Shown here: piece after piece, positions 13,419 to 27,874 of the stretch
Layout of the letters: each line of letters starts with the position of its first letter
Numbering within the stretch: position 1 is the first letter of the stretch
From: Adineta vaga
Taxonomy: Eukaryota > Animalia > Rotifera
NCBI GenBank assembly: GCA_021613535.1
Contig: CP075496.1
Span: 6,820,001-6,884,000 of the forward strand
DNA: 64,000 nt
Direction: 5' to 3'
Position numbers and translations under genes: made by a program
The notes under the pieces: model-generated
Told to the model about the DNA's origin: nothing
Seen by the model: only the letters and a program-made list of their open reading frames with translations
Databases searched by the model: none

Positions 13419-15981
13419 TTATTCGATTAGATCTCTACTACTCATAAAACGACGAACAGAAAGATCAATTGGAAGATGAAAATCAATTTCATTTAAACGA
13501 TCAAGTGAATGAAGTGCATCACTAAAACCTATGAAATAATGAAGAGAAAAAAACACATGTCATTTTGAATCAAAAGAAAAGATGGTTCTTTTTTACCAGT
13601 TTGTTTTGTATAACTCCATGGTTGATAATAATTTTCGACAATTTGTCCAGATTTAAGAATGATACGAAGAAATGGAACGAGTTTCTTTTCACTAAGACAA
13701 ATAGATATTCATTCGATTTTATTCTCATTTAAAATATAATTTTGAAAAAAAAATCATATTGACATACTTTAAAGCATAACATATGAATGATTTGAAACAA
13801 CTATCCATTGGTTTTGCATGTTTTTCATGTAATTTCTGAATCATATCAATACCACTTAATAAACACTAAAATTGATATCAGATAATAAAAATCAATTTCT
13901 TCTGTCTTAACTATTGTTTAGTAACCTGTCTGATTGTAATCGGTTTACCACCAATTACATCTAACGAAAATGATTGTGAAAGTTTACGTGCTGGACTATT
14001 GATGAATTCATCACCGTGCTACAAAGGAGAAGACGAAAAAAAAACTAATTCTTTATTTTTTCACTACAAATTTCACCAATTTTACTCACTTTCAATTCGT
14101 AATATTTCAAAAATAGTTTCCATGCATGCATCGTATCATACATGGTGAGATAATTACTACCAGATTTACTTGAAAAACATCCAAAAATTGATAGACTCGT
14201 TGAATAATTAGTCTAAAAATTTAATTCTATATACAACGAAACACAAATTATCACACCAATTTATACTTCATAAAGACCATGTTCAAGTAAGGCACGAATA
14301 GCAGATGCAAGTTCTTGTCGAACAGATAAGATAACTGCTGTTGAATCGCATTCATCCTAAACAAAATTTAATTATTTGTAAAGATAATTCAATTCATAAC
14401 TCTCTTACAACTTCTTCATTATCATCCGTATCATTAGGTGATAGTTGGTTGGATCGAACTGCACTGAGAACATTTTCTATTGCTACTTCAAGTTTAGCTC
14501 GTATGTCTCTATTAAATCCAAACATAATAATGTACAAAGAAAATAGTTGGTTTAACTAATCTTACCCGAAATGTTTTCTTGCGATAGGATCTTTTTTTCT
14601 ATTTGGTTTTAGTTGAGTTTTAGTTTTGTGCATTGATCGTGTTCCACATGTTAATAATAAGAAAGTGTAAAGTTGAGTTAAAACGAGAAATCTCTTCATG
14701 AAATGTGTGATACTAGATGAATTATGTTCAGATGTAGAATGAGACGACAATGGATTTGTTGATTGAGAGACTTTTGATGATTGGAAGGGAGTCATCTGAA
14801 TAAGAAATAGTAGCGAAAATTATTGCAAATTTAAAATGTACTGAATTGGATTTGCTTTTAACGATTGAAGATGATTGAGGAGAAGGTGGAAGACCATTAT
14901 TTGCCGCTGCTGTTGTATTAACAGAATCAGCTAGAAGTGAAAAGTTTATTTGAATGAATGAAAGGAAATAGGTGACATTACTTTTAAGAAATTCGATAAA
15001 TTTTTCTAAATCACCAATTTGAGTACGCATTTGATTGATTAAATTTTCTTTCAATTTTACTGGATTTGTCAGCTAAAAGAAGAAAGAACTTCATTTATTT
15101 CTTTGTTAAATATATTTTTCAGCGACATTTCTTTCTTCTTGTCTTAAGATAACCTAATTATGAGGATAGCTTTATCATACCTGATAAATAGCTTGATCAA
15201 TTAATTTTCGTAATTCTTCTGCACTAAAAAGATCAATATATAACTGATATTAGACAGATACATCGTAAAAAACTCTATACGAACGATAATTTTGACACAG
15301 AAGCATCATCTAATTGTAGATCAAGTTTTTGTCGTAGTTGATCAATAAGTATACGTTGTTTTTCCATCGTTACGGATGTTGGTGCACCTTCTAACGAGCC
15401 AGATGCAGCTGCATAGTGTTCTAGTTCATCTAATTTTTGTTTTAATTCATTAATAAAGTCCTTTTCTCGACATTTCTCCGCTTCGATCACTTGTTCATGT
15501 CCATTCATAGACGATTGACACATAACATCTGGGATACCATTCGATGCGAATTCATGCAATTCTACAAGTAAATTCTGTATGAAAAGAAAAAATAAGAGAT
15601 TCAATGAAAAATCTTTTTAATTTAGTTGTTGTTTTTTACTTCGCGATCTTCAGGTGTCGGTGCAGATACCACTTGGTGTAAACGTAATTGAACATGTGCA
15701 AAATGACGAGTTAATGCAGCAAGAGAAGTGGTTAGTTTTTCGTGTTCTTCAAGTAATAAACTTCTTTCATGAAGTTCTTCATCAGCACTACAAATAGTTC
15801 AGACAACAATTCATATGTTTAGATATTAAAAAAAAGTTTTGAAAAAATACCTCTTTCCATATTCAGTATCCGATGAAGCGCCGCCAATTGGAGTTAATCG
15901 ACCAGTCATCGGCAATTTTTGATCGTTCGCTTCGTCATCTGTTGTTATCATAGGTCGGTAAGACATACTTTCGTGCGACAT
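13419..15981 (-). CDS. RUNDC1: RUN domain-containing protein 1
   Basis: Multi-exon. EKLTTSLAALTRHFAHVQLRLHQVV, KENLINQMRTQIGDLEKFIEFL, SPARKLSQSFSLDV and the C-terminal GFSDALHSLDRL...FHLPIDLSVR match RUNDC1. Confidence 0.88.
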
Positions 15982-16188
15982 GATTGAGAATAGTAAATCA
16001 CCTATATTTCGAAAAATAATTATCAAACTGAATCAACCGTAACGCGTTTTCGTTAGTGAAATAAAAGATTAGATCTCCATTCTTACATCACAAAACAGAA
16101 CAACTTATGACAGAATATTGTGATCAAGTTTTATTTCGAATAATAAAATTTTTCGATGTGTTTATATCAGATTCAATATTTCTAGATG

Positions 16189-17131
16189 TCACTCAATTAC
16201 GGTCGAAGAAAAGTAATGTTTTCTTCCACCACTTTTTTTTGTATCTGTTTGTTCACGAAAATGTTCTGCAACAACATAAAACTGAATGCCAGCAGTCATA
16301 TTTTCAGTAGATCTATTAGATGTTGATGTCTCATCATGTTCAGATTTTTCATGTTGTTGTTGTTTGAGGCTTACTCGAGGATCAATCTAAAGAGAAACAA
16401 ACTAGAAAGTTAAATGTATATTTTCAATAACAATAGATTTTATATTATTCAGTCAGAGACGAAACGAGAATTTCATTCTGCGGGTATTATTCATTTCTAT
16501 CGGTGCAAAGAACATTAAAAAAAAAGTAAGTAAATCACAAACTGATAAGCATATATCACGACTGAAGAACAAGAATTTACAACATCACTGACTGTACATG
16601 ACGATTCTTCACCGAGAATCTAATAAATATGTTCTTATACATCTGTTTTGATATTACCTCTTCTGTTACAATAACTTCTGATGGGATCTTTCCTAATTGA
16701 TGATATGTATCATTAGGTAACGTTGTTACAGAACGTCTTGATAATCGTATAGTTTTAATATCTAATGATTTCCTTGGCAAAGGATATGTTTCAGGTAATA
16801 GTTGAATAATTTGATTTGTATCACTAAATAGCGTATGGCACTTTTTGTTAACTTCACCATTATCTATTAGTTCATTGAGACATTCAATAAGATTCTTCGT
16901 ATGTTGAATATCTTGAGAGAATGCCTTCTGTTCTTCAAGATGTTTCAAATTTTCAATTAACTGTTCACGTTGATTGCACCATTTCGTTTTTAACGTTGAA
17001 TATGTTTGAACAACATCATCTGATTGTATATCTTTAATTAATCGGACTTGTTTATTATTAGTATCTGATAAACTATCGATAGATTGTCTATGCACAACGG
17101 CTTCCTGTGCTCCAGTAACGTTACGAAACAT
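16189..17131 (-). CDS. Hypothetical coiled-coil-containing protein, multi-exon
   Basis: 185-codon first ORF followed by short exons with canonical splice sites; the last exon ends ...GGRKHYFSSTVIE at TGA 16189-16191. Confidence 0.6.
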
Positions 17132-17649
17132 CAATAACAGACATGTGTTAGCAATATTTTGATAAATAAACAGCGCGCTTTTTCTTCAAATATGGATTGA
17201 TCATAAATCGAATTTTTGAATCATTAAACATTGACTAATTCTTAAAATTATTTTAAGATACTGAAAACATTACGGCATTAAATGCAAACAATGGTTATGA
17301 TAAAAATTTCGAAATAAATTTGTAATACGAAACATCCTTATTACTAATATCACTTTAGCATATCAGTATACATAGAAAGAAAAATACAGATTTTATTTTT
17401 CATAAACTCTAAGACAATTATCTATAAGAGCAATAAAATCCGAAGCAGGTACACAATACAGATATGAAATAAATTCACTAAAAACGAAAGAAAGGAAGAA
17501 AGAAAAAAAAGCGACTGACTGACGATAAAGAATCAAAGTCTTTCAGTGATATATATATATATATATATATATTTGAGAAATAGGATCAAACGATAAACGA
17601 AAGAAACTAATATCAACATAATAAAACACAGCAAAAAGTACATGAGATC

Positions 17650-18210
17650 ATGGAACCATTCACAAATGATTTATTAACTATTCTGGCATTGATTAGTATT
17701 TCATGGGCTGGTATAACATTCATAGCAGTTATCATTATTTCTATTATTTTTATTTATTTACGGTGTAAAAAACGTCGTCGATCAATATTTATTGAACCGA
17801 CTCGAGCACAATCAACAACTTCATCAGTTATAATTGATCATCGTCCTCAATCAGTTTCACCAATATCAATAAAACATTCTCCTAGACATTCGGATCATTC
17901 GAAAAAATCTAAAATACATCGACATCGTCAAGATGTGATGACTCCGATCGATGAGCGACATTATCCTTCTCACAATACTAATACTCGGTATCCACACAAC
18001 GATTATATACATGATGAGTATGGAAACGAAACAACAAGAACAATAGAATCGGTTACACATCGTCCATATCCTCAACAAAAACAATATCCATTAATAAAAC
18101 CAGTAACCGATGTTCGAGTAATTGATCGCAACACACCATATCCACCTGATATCATGGCTCGTGCTAAACGGATGGATGCTAATCGATTTCCGATGGATGA
18201 TAATTATTAA
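17650..18210 (+). CDS. Intronless single-pass membrane protein (186 aa), unknown family
   Basis: Hydrophobic N-terminal helix followed by RCKKRRR (positive-inside rule) and a His/Pro/Arg-rich tail. Confidence 0.7.
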   Translation: MEPFTNDLLTILALISISWAGITFIAVIIISIIFIYLRCKKRRRSIFIEPTRAQSTTSSVIIDHRPQSVSPISIKHSPRHSDHSKKSKIHRHRQDVMTPIDERHYPSHNTNTRYPHNDYIHDEYGNETTRTIESVTHRPYPQQKQYPLIKPVTDVRVIDRNTPYPPDIMARAKRMDANRFPMDDNY

Positions 18211-18244
18211 GACAGACAAATATATGTATTTTCGAAAACATTTC

Positions 18245-19392
18245 TTATATACAACATGATAATGTCTGAATTGATTCAATCAATTGAGGTCTCTAAAAAA
18301 AGAACAAAAGAAAATCATATTATTCTATCTTTTAAAACTATCGTTAGACTTAGAAATAACTTACTTGTTTACAGTAGTCGATAAAATCTTCTAATGTTAT
18401 TTCTTCTGTTTGCATGGGATCAATACGCTAAAGAAAAAATTGATTTTTGTCTCATATTAAACATCAACATACTTCAAAAATTTTATCAATATGTTCTTGA
18501 ACATCTTGTTCTTCAACACGAGGTTGAACTGATGTTCCAAGAAGATCATAAAATGCAAAAATAACTTCTGTAATATTCTAAAACGAATGCATATTCAAAT
18601 CGAATTTTCTTTTTACACAAAAAAAAACTTTTCAATATACTTCTCGTGTTAATTGTCCATCACCATTGAAATCATATAAACGAAATATCCATCGTAATTT
18701 TTCATCAATCGTTCCACGACATAGTACAGATAATGTCAATATATAATCCTAAGAAAAACAAACCGTGTTATCCTATCAAAATATTGAATCAATCAATTTA
18801 CATCGAATGTAAATGTGCCTTTATGATTTCGATCGATAATTGAAAAGAGTAAATGAGTATATTTGAGTGAATCTATAGACAAAAGATAGTTAAATAAGCG
18901 AATATTGTTTATTTATCCTTCTTACTTCCTTGTGGAAAAAGTTGAAGATAAATTTCACGTAATCGTTCTTCGCTTACATTTCCACCTGGACAATCCTTAA
19001 CAGAATTACAATACAAAATATTGAGAATTTCAATTTGAAGTAAGAAATTTCTTGTCATACTTGTTTAAAACTTCGATACAGAAGACGGACTTCTGATTTC
19101 GAAAATCGAGTACATTTAACAATTTCCTCTAATGAACGTGGATGTTGAAGATTCTTTGAAAGAGTAGCATCGATACGAGCATCTAATTTCAAAGAAGAAA
19201 AAATCTCATAAATAATTTTTCTCTTATTAGAATAAAAAATAAAAAACTCTTTTCATTTAAAGATAACATAAACTTATTGAACTAGTTTATGCTACAAGCA
19301 ATATTATACACACCTCCTTTTTTAAATCGTCTGCGTTTACCAATATGAAAATAATTTTGTCCTTCGGAAAAAGCAGCGATATTAGCACCCAT
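18245..19392 (-). CDS. Neuronal calcium sensor, KChIP/calsenilin-like, 8 exons
   Basis: Spliced exons give [53 protein letters not shown] and [11 protein letters not shown]; the protein starts MGANIA. Confidence 0.85.
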
Positions 19393-21636
19393 GGCTCTTA
19401 TCAAGCATCATGAGTATTAGACATATAAATAGTTATGAGCTTATTCAGCACGTACACATACTGACGACCTATCTATCACATTCTTTTATTCTATCTTTTC
19501 CGGGTTTTTTTTGACTATTTGATAGTGTGTCAAGCTGAGAGAACGTGAAATGACATTTTGCCAACTGGTTTCAATTATTATTGTCTGTAGTCATGCATAA
19601 GTACATAAAATGCTCTCTGAATGGGCCAAACAAATATCAATAGAAAACTAGAGAGCATGATCAAATAAATACGAAATGAAGAGTTTTTTTCTTTATTGAA
19701 ACATCGATTTATATTTGAATGAATATAATACAATAGAATTTGAAGAATACTCGTTCAGTCATATGAACAATTAATTAGAAAAACGAACAGTAGGATTAAT
19801 AAACATGTTCTCGAGCAAAGAATAACATACTTATTTTTCTAATTAATACCATATTGTAAACTTATTTCTAGTAGATAAACTTATCAATCATAGCTATATG
19901 TTCTATTGATATACTAATTTATCGAGAATTACATGTTGTTTATAGATATTATGAACTTACTATATTGTGGAATGTTTTATTCACAAGACAAAATGAATTT
20001 ACGCGATTTCTATCGGAAAGACGTAGATTTCCGAGAAATTGTTTATCAACAGAAAGAACTATATCTTATTGATTAGAATCTATCGAAAAGAAACAATAAT
20101 ATGATCAGAGTAATTAATAGCATAAAAACGGAAAGTACTTCATCAATTCAGACGACGAATACCATTCAACTATTTTGTTTTTCATCAAGAAACGAATGAC
20201 TTTATTAATTAACTAAAGAGTCTTATCAAATGTAAATATATTTTAGAAAACTTTCCTAGTCTTCGATTAGAATTACTCTATTCTATTAATTGAGAGATAA
20301 AATACTCACATTCCTAAGAAGACTTTCTATATTGAGAGATAAAAAAAAAGAAAAACGAACCAAACTAACTTTGTATGTAAATATATTAGTCACATATTGT
20401 TGTCAAAATACTTCGTCAGGAAATCAGATGTCAAAAAATCTATCATACATGCCTACAATTTGTCAAATAAAGAAATAGTATGACAATAAATCAAGAAAGA
20501 AAAGATACTTCACATATATTTCTCATTTTGTCAGATGTTCTCTTTATGCAAATGAAAGAATATATACATATTGATCTGCTCTATTTCTTAGAGTTGAATA
20601 GGACAAAATATACTATTTATAATATGTCTATCTGTTTCTTCTTTTTTTTTCAATATAAAATTCAAAAGTTACCTGGTACTTGAATACGACGAACAGCTCG
20701 AGAAATACTAACACTAACACGTCGAGAAAATTGTTTACAACTTGCAATTAAACGTGATGGTCGTCGATCTGTATTTAATACCATTGAATGATACCAAGAC
20801 ATTCTTCTTAAGGTTTAAAAGAAGTTTTCATCATAATATAAAACAAAACAAAAAACATGTAGATCATCAAAAGTTTCTCATATTGAGTTTGTTTTCTCTC
20901 TTTTCTCTTCGCTTTCTCATCTCTTGTGCATACATTCTATTTTCTTCTCTCGTCTCACATTAACTACTTTACATTCATTCATCGTATCATTTCCAATGAC
21001 TGCACTCGTTCATTCGTTTGCTGAATAACAAGTTCTCTTCTTTATTTTTTTTATTTCTCCTAGGTTTTACTTATTTCTTTTTTTCGATGTATGTTGTTAT
21101 TTGATGATGAGAAGAAAGAATGAAAAATGACTACGGAAAATACAAAAAAAAAGAGTGCTAAAAGGAAACGAACGCCATAAAGAAGAAGAAGAAGAGAAGA
21201 AGAAAAAGTGTAAAGACAATCAATGATAATAAATGAAAAATAATCTAAAGTGTTTTTTCAGATTTCTTTAGGCTTCAAGAGCTTTTTTTCTTATACATTC
21301 TATTCGCTAGAATTCATCTGATTAATCGCCTCGATTAATGTTTGTATCCATAGAAATGCTTCGATGACTTGTATATTTGTCAGTTATCATTGATCATTTT
21401 CTTGAAATAATTTCTTTCTTAAATCGATTTGTTATTATTATTAGAGTTCTATTAATCATTCAGAACAATGAAGATTAAAATGTACAACAAAACTCTCATT
21501 TCTCATCCATATCGATCTACTAATCATGTACACATATTGATTAGTTTCATTTGCTATGAAATCTTTACAATAGGATTGTATATTTGAATGTCAATCATGA
21601 GATTAGTTCGATTATATTATGTTTTTCCGTAATTAA

Positions 21637-23284
21637 TCATGGAATATTGTCAGTGAGCGGTTTTCTTGTAAGTAAGGTTCTTCGAAGAGATGTTCTGTTA
21701 TTTTGATATACTTGACATTTCTTTGATGATCCATCAGAATGAGAAGAATGGGATGGATATTGTTCTCGATTCTGTGAACTAATCGATGATGAATTCGATC
21801 TTGATCTTGGAGCAATAGGACGTTGTAGCATTGGAAATATCTCATGAATATCTTTTTGATGACGATGATCAATTTGTAAACATAATTTTGTATTCAGTTG
21901 ATTTCCTATTTGTGGAAATGTTTCTGGTTTTTTAACTAAATAATGAATCGTTCGTTTATTTGAACGATTTAGTTGAAATAATGTTTTCGGTATTTTTGTA
22001 TTTGCTTTGGTTTTATAAGTTATACGACAAAAAAATAAATTTCGAAAGGCACGTCGATATTTATTCGAAACAACATTATAAAGTATAGGATTGATCACTG
22101 AACCAAAATAATAAGTTGTACCTGATATAATATAAAGATAAGCAATTATATTAGCAAATAATTGTGATTCCGAGATGTTTGTTAAGTTTAAATTCATAAT
22201 TGCTAGAAGTAAACGTTGAATATATAGCGGAGCATAACAAACGAAAAATGCAATAACAACAGCAACTAAAATTGAATATCATTTTTTTAGGGGACAAAAA
22301 CGAAATATCAATGAACGTACCTAATGTTTTTACAACAACTTTTCGTGCTTGACAACGTGCACGTGTTTTCAACCATGAGTAGGATCCAAGATGCATACTT
22401 GTTTGTTTAATTTCCGTTAGATCTTTATGAGTCGCAAGTGAATGACAAGATGTAGTAGGTGTTGGTTTCTTTCCATTATTATTATATGTACTTGATAATG
22501 AGGATAAACTTGAATTCAGATGATTTGTTGTATTATTTTCATATTTATTAACATGTCGTAAAGCTTTTGTAATGAATAAATAGATTGCACCAATAATCAT
22601 CATTGGTAAATAAAAAAAGCAAATCGATGTAATAATAATAATAATTGATAATAATTGTGTAACACTTTTTCTTTGTGCACATGATTTACAAGAAATAGTT
22701 TGATTGGGTCGAAAATATTTTAAATCATTCATCGATGTTATAGGAATTGGTACAGATGTTGGAGAAATTATATGTATAGTTGTATCAATTTCATAGAAAA
22801 AACCAAATGGAATACTGAATACAAGTGAAAGAAATAAAATAATCAAAATGAATTTATGTGCACGATGTAAATGACTTAATCGATGAAAATAAGTTGGTTG
22901 AACAATAGCAAAATAACGTTCACATGTAAAAGCTAAGATCGTTAGAATTGATGAACACGTAAAAAATTCTGCACAGATACTTCGTAGTTTACAAAATATA
23001 ACCGGTAATGGCCATTGACGATAATGAATTTCAATCATTTCAATCGGTAAATTACACATAAGTATCATCAAATCAGAGATAGCCAAGTTTAATAAATAAA
23101 AATTTGTAGGTGTACGTAAATGTCTATTACATTTTATGATAATTATTGTCATTATATTACCACCCACACCGATAACAAATATAATTGCATAGATAATAAG
23201 TAATATTCTTTCGATAAGAGCTGGTTTGGAAAATGGTCCATAGAAAATCGATGGACATCGATTAAAATCATTATTTATTAACAT
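21637..23284 (-). CDS. Class A neuropeptide GPCR (neuromedin U / PRXamide receptor-like), 2 exons
   Basis: GN in TM1, TPTNFYLLNLAISD, ERY, and NPILYNVVSNKYRRAF; a 55-nt intron at 22266-22320 joins the two ORFs. Confidence 0.9.
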
Positions 23285-26200
23285 GATTCAATAGTTTAAA
23301 TCTAAGAAAATGTCGCATTTTGTTATTTCAACAAACATAAAAGAGTACAAATAAGTATATTAAAAGCACGCGCTAACTCATCTACGTCGTTTGTAACAAT
23401 CAAGTGGAATGAAATTTTTTCTTTGATAGATAATAAAAGACGTTGAATATACTTTCGTGTTCTATTCTTCACACTAGACATGCTAACTATATTATAACTA
23501 TATATAAAATAGATATCAACATAGACTTGAAAATTTCTAGTTAAAAAGAAAAAAAACACGTCTCTCTCTCTCTCTCTCTCTTTCTTTTTCTAAGATGATT
23601 TGTTTGTCAAAGATGACAAAGTACTTTTGTTTGTTAAAGAATGAATAGTCTTCTTCATTGAATGAGATTTTTTTTGAAGTCATTTTAATGACATATTATC
23701 CTTGATTTAATCCTTTCTCTTTCTCTCTATAGATAGGCTCAATTTTTTGCATGAATTATTAACCTACCTATGAAATAAACGTACTCTCTTCTTTTTCTAA
23801 AATTAACATATTTATAGGAGAAAATCGAAGCGCAAATTCCTAATGTATTTCCTTGAAAGATCAAGAAAGAAAGAAAGTCAATTGAAAAGAAAAAGACAAT
23901 CATAGAAATTGCTATTTCTACGAATAGCTTTGACAATCAATGTTCTCATCACATTATTAGACAAAGAATGATGATGTTCATTACACCACATCCAGTCCGA
24001 ATCGATCAAAATAGAATCGTTTAACATCAGAATTTGCTCATGAAAAAGACTTAAAGAGAAAGAGCAAGCAATGACTTGTATACTTCACTTGAATCACTTA
24101 GTTCCTGTTTACATTTTATTACTTTTCCTCATCGTGCTATACCTATCTACTTTGTCGGAGAGAATAAGTTAAAATATTCATGTCATATTTATTCATGAAG
24201 TTTTCTAATTACTAATCAAATAGAAGAAATAAAACGCGTTTCATATTCACTCTTTCTCATAGTACTTTCTCTTTTTTTTTTATAATTATTCATAAATATA
24301 TATGAGATCTTTCTTCTTCTTATCAGAAAATATTGGCCTGAGAAATAGCTATCATCGTATTCTTCATTCTGACATGCATTCAATGTTTCATATACGAAAA
24401 TATCGTCGATTTGACCGTTTGAAATCACTTACTTGTTTTCTAATATAACTATCGAGTATGATGACATTGTTCAAATATCAATATATACCTGTTATATGAC
24501 AAACTTAATTAAAAAAATGTAAAGAAATGCATCAATAGAAACTTGATGAGCTTTTCTACTTATAATAAATACTGTCGTCATTTACATGAAGTTATACATA
24601 TCTTCTTCTTTGTTTCTTTACTAAATACTCTGTTAATGAATAGAATCATATGGAAGTTTTGCTAACTTTTAAATGAACAAAACAAGAATAAGTATGAAAT
24701 AGTGATCTTTTGACATAGGATGACACTCTATCTTTTGTTTCATAATTGTATGACGTCGTTTACCTTTCTTAAACTTTGTTTTCCTTCGTTTTGAGAGAAA
24801 AATCTCTTATGACAACAAAGATAAAAGTACTTGCTAAGTAAAGATGTTTTTTTTCTAGATCTTCAAAAGACAAGTAACCATTTTTCCATATAAAATATTC
24901 TTAGTTACACATAAAAATTTTGAAAATCCAGATGGAATTTTTTTATTACTGAAGAGCTTGTGATAATTTCTCGTAAGAAGAAAAGTTGAGTGCGTTAATG
25001 GAAATTTGGAAAGTAAAAAAGTGGGTTCTACATTTTTCTTATCAGAATTTCTTGATTTGAAGTATTTACATCCTATTATTATTCAAATATATGACTTTAT
25101 CATTCATTCTTAACAAGCTTCTGGTGTTTCCTATCGATGAAATAACTTATAAATAAGGATGCTCCTAAACTATTGATTCAATTTTAAAATAAACAAAATT
25201 AGAATGATTATTTTTCGTTACTTGTTTGTATCTTTCCTCATAATAAACTTTCTGTTTAGTACGTCTCTAAATAATCATGTATTTCCTAATTGAGTATGTC
25301 TGCAATATTCTTACCTATGAATATTTCTCTTCAATTATAGTACCAATTATTCACGTCTGAGTTTAAATGTCAATTTGCTTCTTCAGTATATATACTTTTG
25401 TATATCAAAGCAAATACTGTGGGAGCGTGTACTCTGTATATTTTGCTTATTTGGCATAATTTTCTACTTCTACGTCTATACGAGTGACGTCAGTTCGAGA
25501 TTATAATCTTTTCAAGCTTAAGCATGTGATAGACTAAGAGAAGCATCTTAAATTTCTACTCATATTATAATTACACTATTTCTGTATTCAATAGTTTAGA
25601 AAATATTATTTTACTTCGAGCAATGTATATGGAATAGAAAAATTTCTGGTCTTTTTACATGTGTTCCCGGAGAATTCCAACAGAATAAATGCATGGAACA
25701 CTAATCGTAATTGAATGTTTCAGTGATAGACACCAATAATTAACTTTTAACACGAATTCTTTCACAGTTTGCCCTGTAAGAATGAGTGTACGCAAAAAAA
25801 GTACATGAGATTGATTTTCCATAAAATCAAAAACTAATCATTCATATCAACGATATCACGACTCTGATGCTTAAAATCTGTTCTCGTGTTCTCTATCAGG
25901 TACTACTAAATAGACCGATTACGGTGCACGTATCGTCGATCACCACATTAAGAATCCGGAACTTGATGAGAAATGACAACTGTAATTACAACAATGAGAA
26001 ATATCGTCATTGACTATGTAAAAAAACAACAACTTTGAACTCTCTTCTAACATTTCTCTATGTTCCATAAAATATAGTACCGAGGAAATAAGTACTTTCT
26101 TATACCTCAATTCTATAGAAAAAAATCGCCAATTAAAGTCTCTCCATAGTTGAAGTTATCAGTAAATTTTGAATAGTATTTAGATCGTTCTCTAATTACG

Positions 26201-26844
26201 TGTCAGAAATAAACTAAACAATTCAATTTGTATCTAGATGCATGAAAGACAGGAGAATCTATATTTTGTTCCCTGCAGAAGTCTAAGAGTTTCGATGATT
26301 ATTTCATCATCAGACAGGAAAATATCATTTCTTTTAAAATTAGTTCTTATTACATGAATTGAATATTATATGATATAGATCGATTTCTCAATAAAAAAAA
26401 AGGTGTTATCACAGTCAGTTTTTCAATTAATTAAAAATAAATTGTTGATATCTATGAATATTGTACAGATCTTTGATCCCTATTTCCAATACTTCATTGA
26501 CGATATTTGGAAAACGAATAATTTGATATAAATTAATCAAATTTTCAGGCTGAAATCAGTTTAATACTATTACCATTTTCTTATCGAGAGTCACTTGTTC
26601 AATCGATAAACGTTTTATCTCCAGTATTCTAGTATATTTGTTAATAGTGATTTGATAATTCATTAATCTTAGACTGTACAGTATAGCATACTATAGAAGG
26701 AGTATGTTCTAACTTTATTTCTAAAATGCATTTACAAATGTGTAGAGAAAGAAATTCTTCGAAAGATAATGAACAAATGAATTATATTAATACAGCAAGT
26801 GATGACGAGATGCATGTAAATTCTTTAAGCTTTCATTATTGATG

Positions 26845-26973
26845 TGAGCTCAGAATTCCTTCCAGTACGGTTCGCAGGAACGGAACCTGCGAGAGAGCGC
26901 TCCAGAACACATGTATATCACCCTCACGAGCGTCCCACTCGTGCAAGCCGTAATGGAAGGAATTCTGAGCTCA
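26845..26973. mobile_element. MITE-like 129-bp element with 26-bp TIRs and internal hairpins
   Basis: TGAGCTCAGAATTCCTTCCAGTACGG at the left end is the reverse complement (1 mismatch) of CCGTAATGGAAGGAATTCTGAGCTCA at the right end. GC-rich island in AT-rich DNA. Confidence 0.7.
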
Positions 26974-27874
26974 TATAAATCCGTCGTGCTAATTGCACAT
27001 TAATCTTTCGGAAGAGTTCTCTCTTCGAATTATTTTCCCGGTGATAAAATCCGATGGAACAGATGCAGAATCGTATTCTGAATCGAAGTTATATTTTTTG
27101 TCTCTCTGATAACCTGTATGTGGATGGATTGTTTATTTTGAAAAAATAGTTTCTCTCTATAGATTGTGTTCCTGTCGCTGACAACATCTTTAGTATCTAT
27201 TGGTGATATTTCTAATTAGCGGAAAAGGTCAGCAGAAAAGCAGAGATATTGTATTTTGTTTATATGAGGAGGGCGTGTATTGAATAGTGGTTTAATTGAA
27301 GTAAAGATTTGAGTTTTGGAAGTTTTTCCGTGAATAGGATAGTGATGAATGCGATAAATAATTAAATCAAGAATCAACTGGTGTGTCTTGCATATGCAGA
27401 GCGTACTCTCTTTGACTCTCTAAACCCATTTCAGCGAATCCGTCGTCGGATCACAAAAGAACAGTTTTTTCGCTGGTTTCTAGGTCTGACATTTCAGTGG
27501 TTAAGCCAGAAAATTGAAAAGACGGATAAAAGCTGAGTTTTATGAAACAATTTTTCTTTCATGAATATAATTCATCTTTTTACTCAGTATACTCTAATCC
27601 TGTCTGCATGCCATTTTCCGAACAAAGACAAATCAATTGATATGAGGTTAGAAAATATAATAGTAGTCGAGCATTTATAATGCTATCATAATGATGTCTA
27701 TCGCTGACGTAGTGAAGCTTGTTTCTTTCGATCTAAACCAGATAAATGTCAAGTAATGAAATCAATAATCACGAAAGTCTAATTAACCTCGTTTGAGCCA
27801 AGATTTTGAAGGTCTAAGTGGTACCTGACGGATAGAATGATAAAAAAACTAAAAAATGATACATCAAACAAGTT

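Noticed and set aside
20390-20540. Cluster of TGTCA/TGACA pentamers (TALE homeodomain-like sites)
   Set aside because: The motif is frequent across all intergenic DNA in the window; enrichment cannot be judged without a background count.
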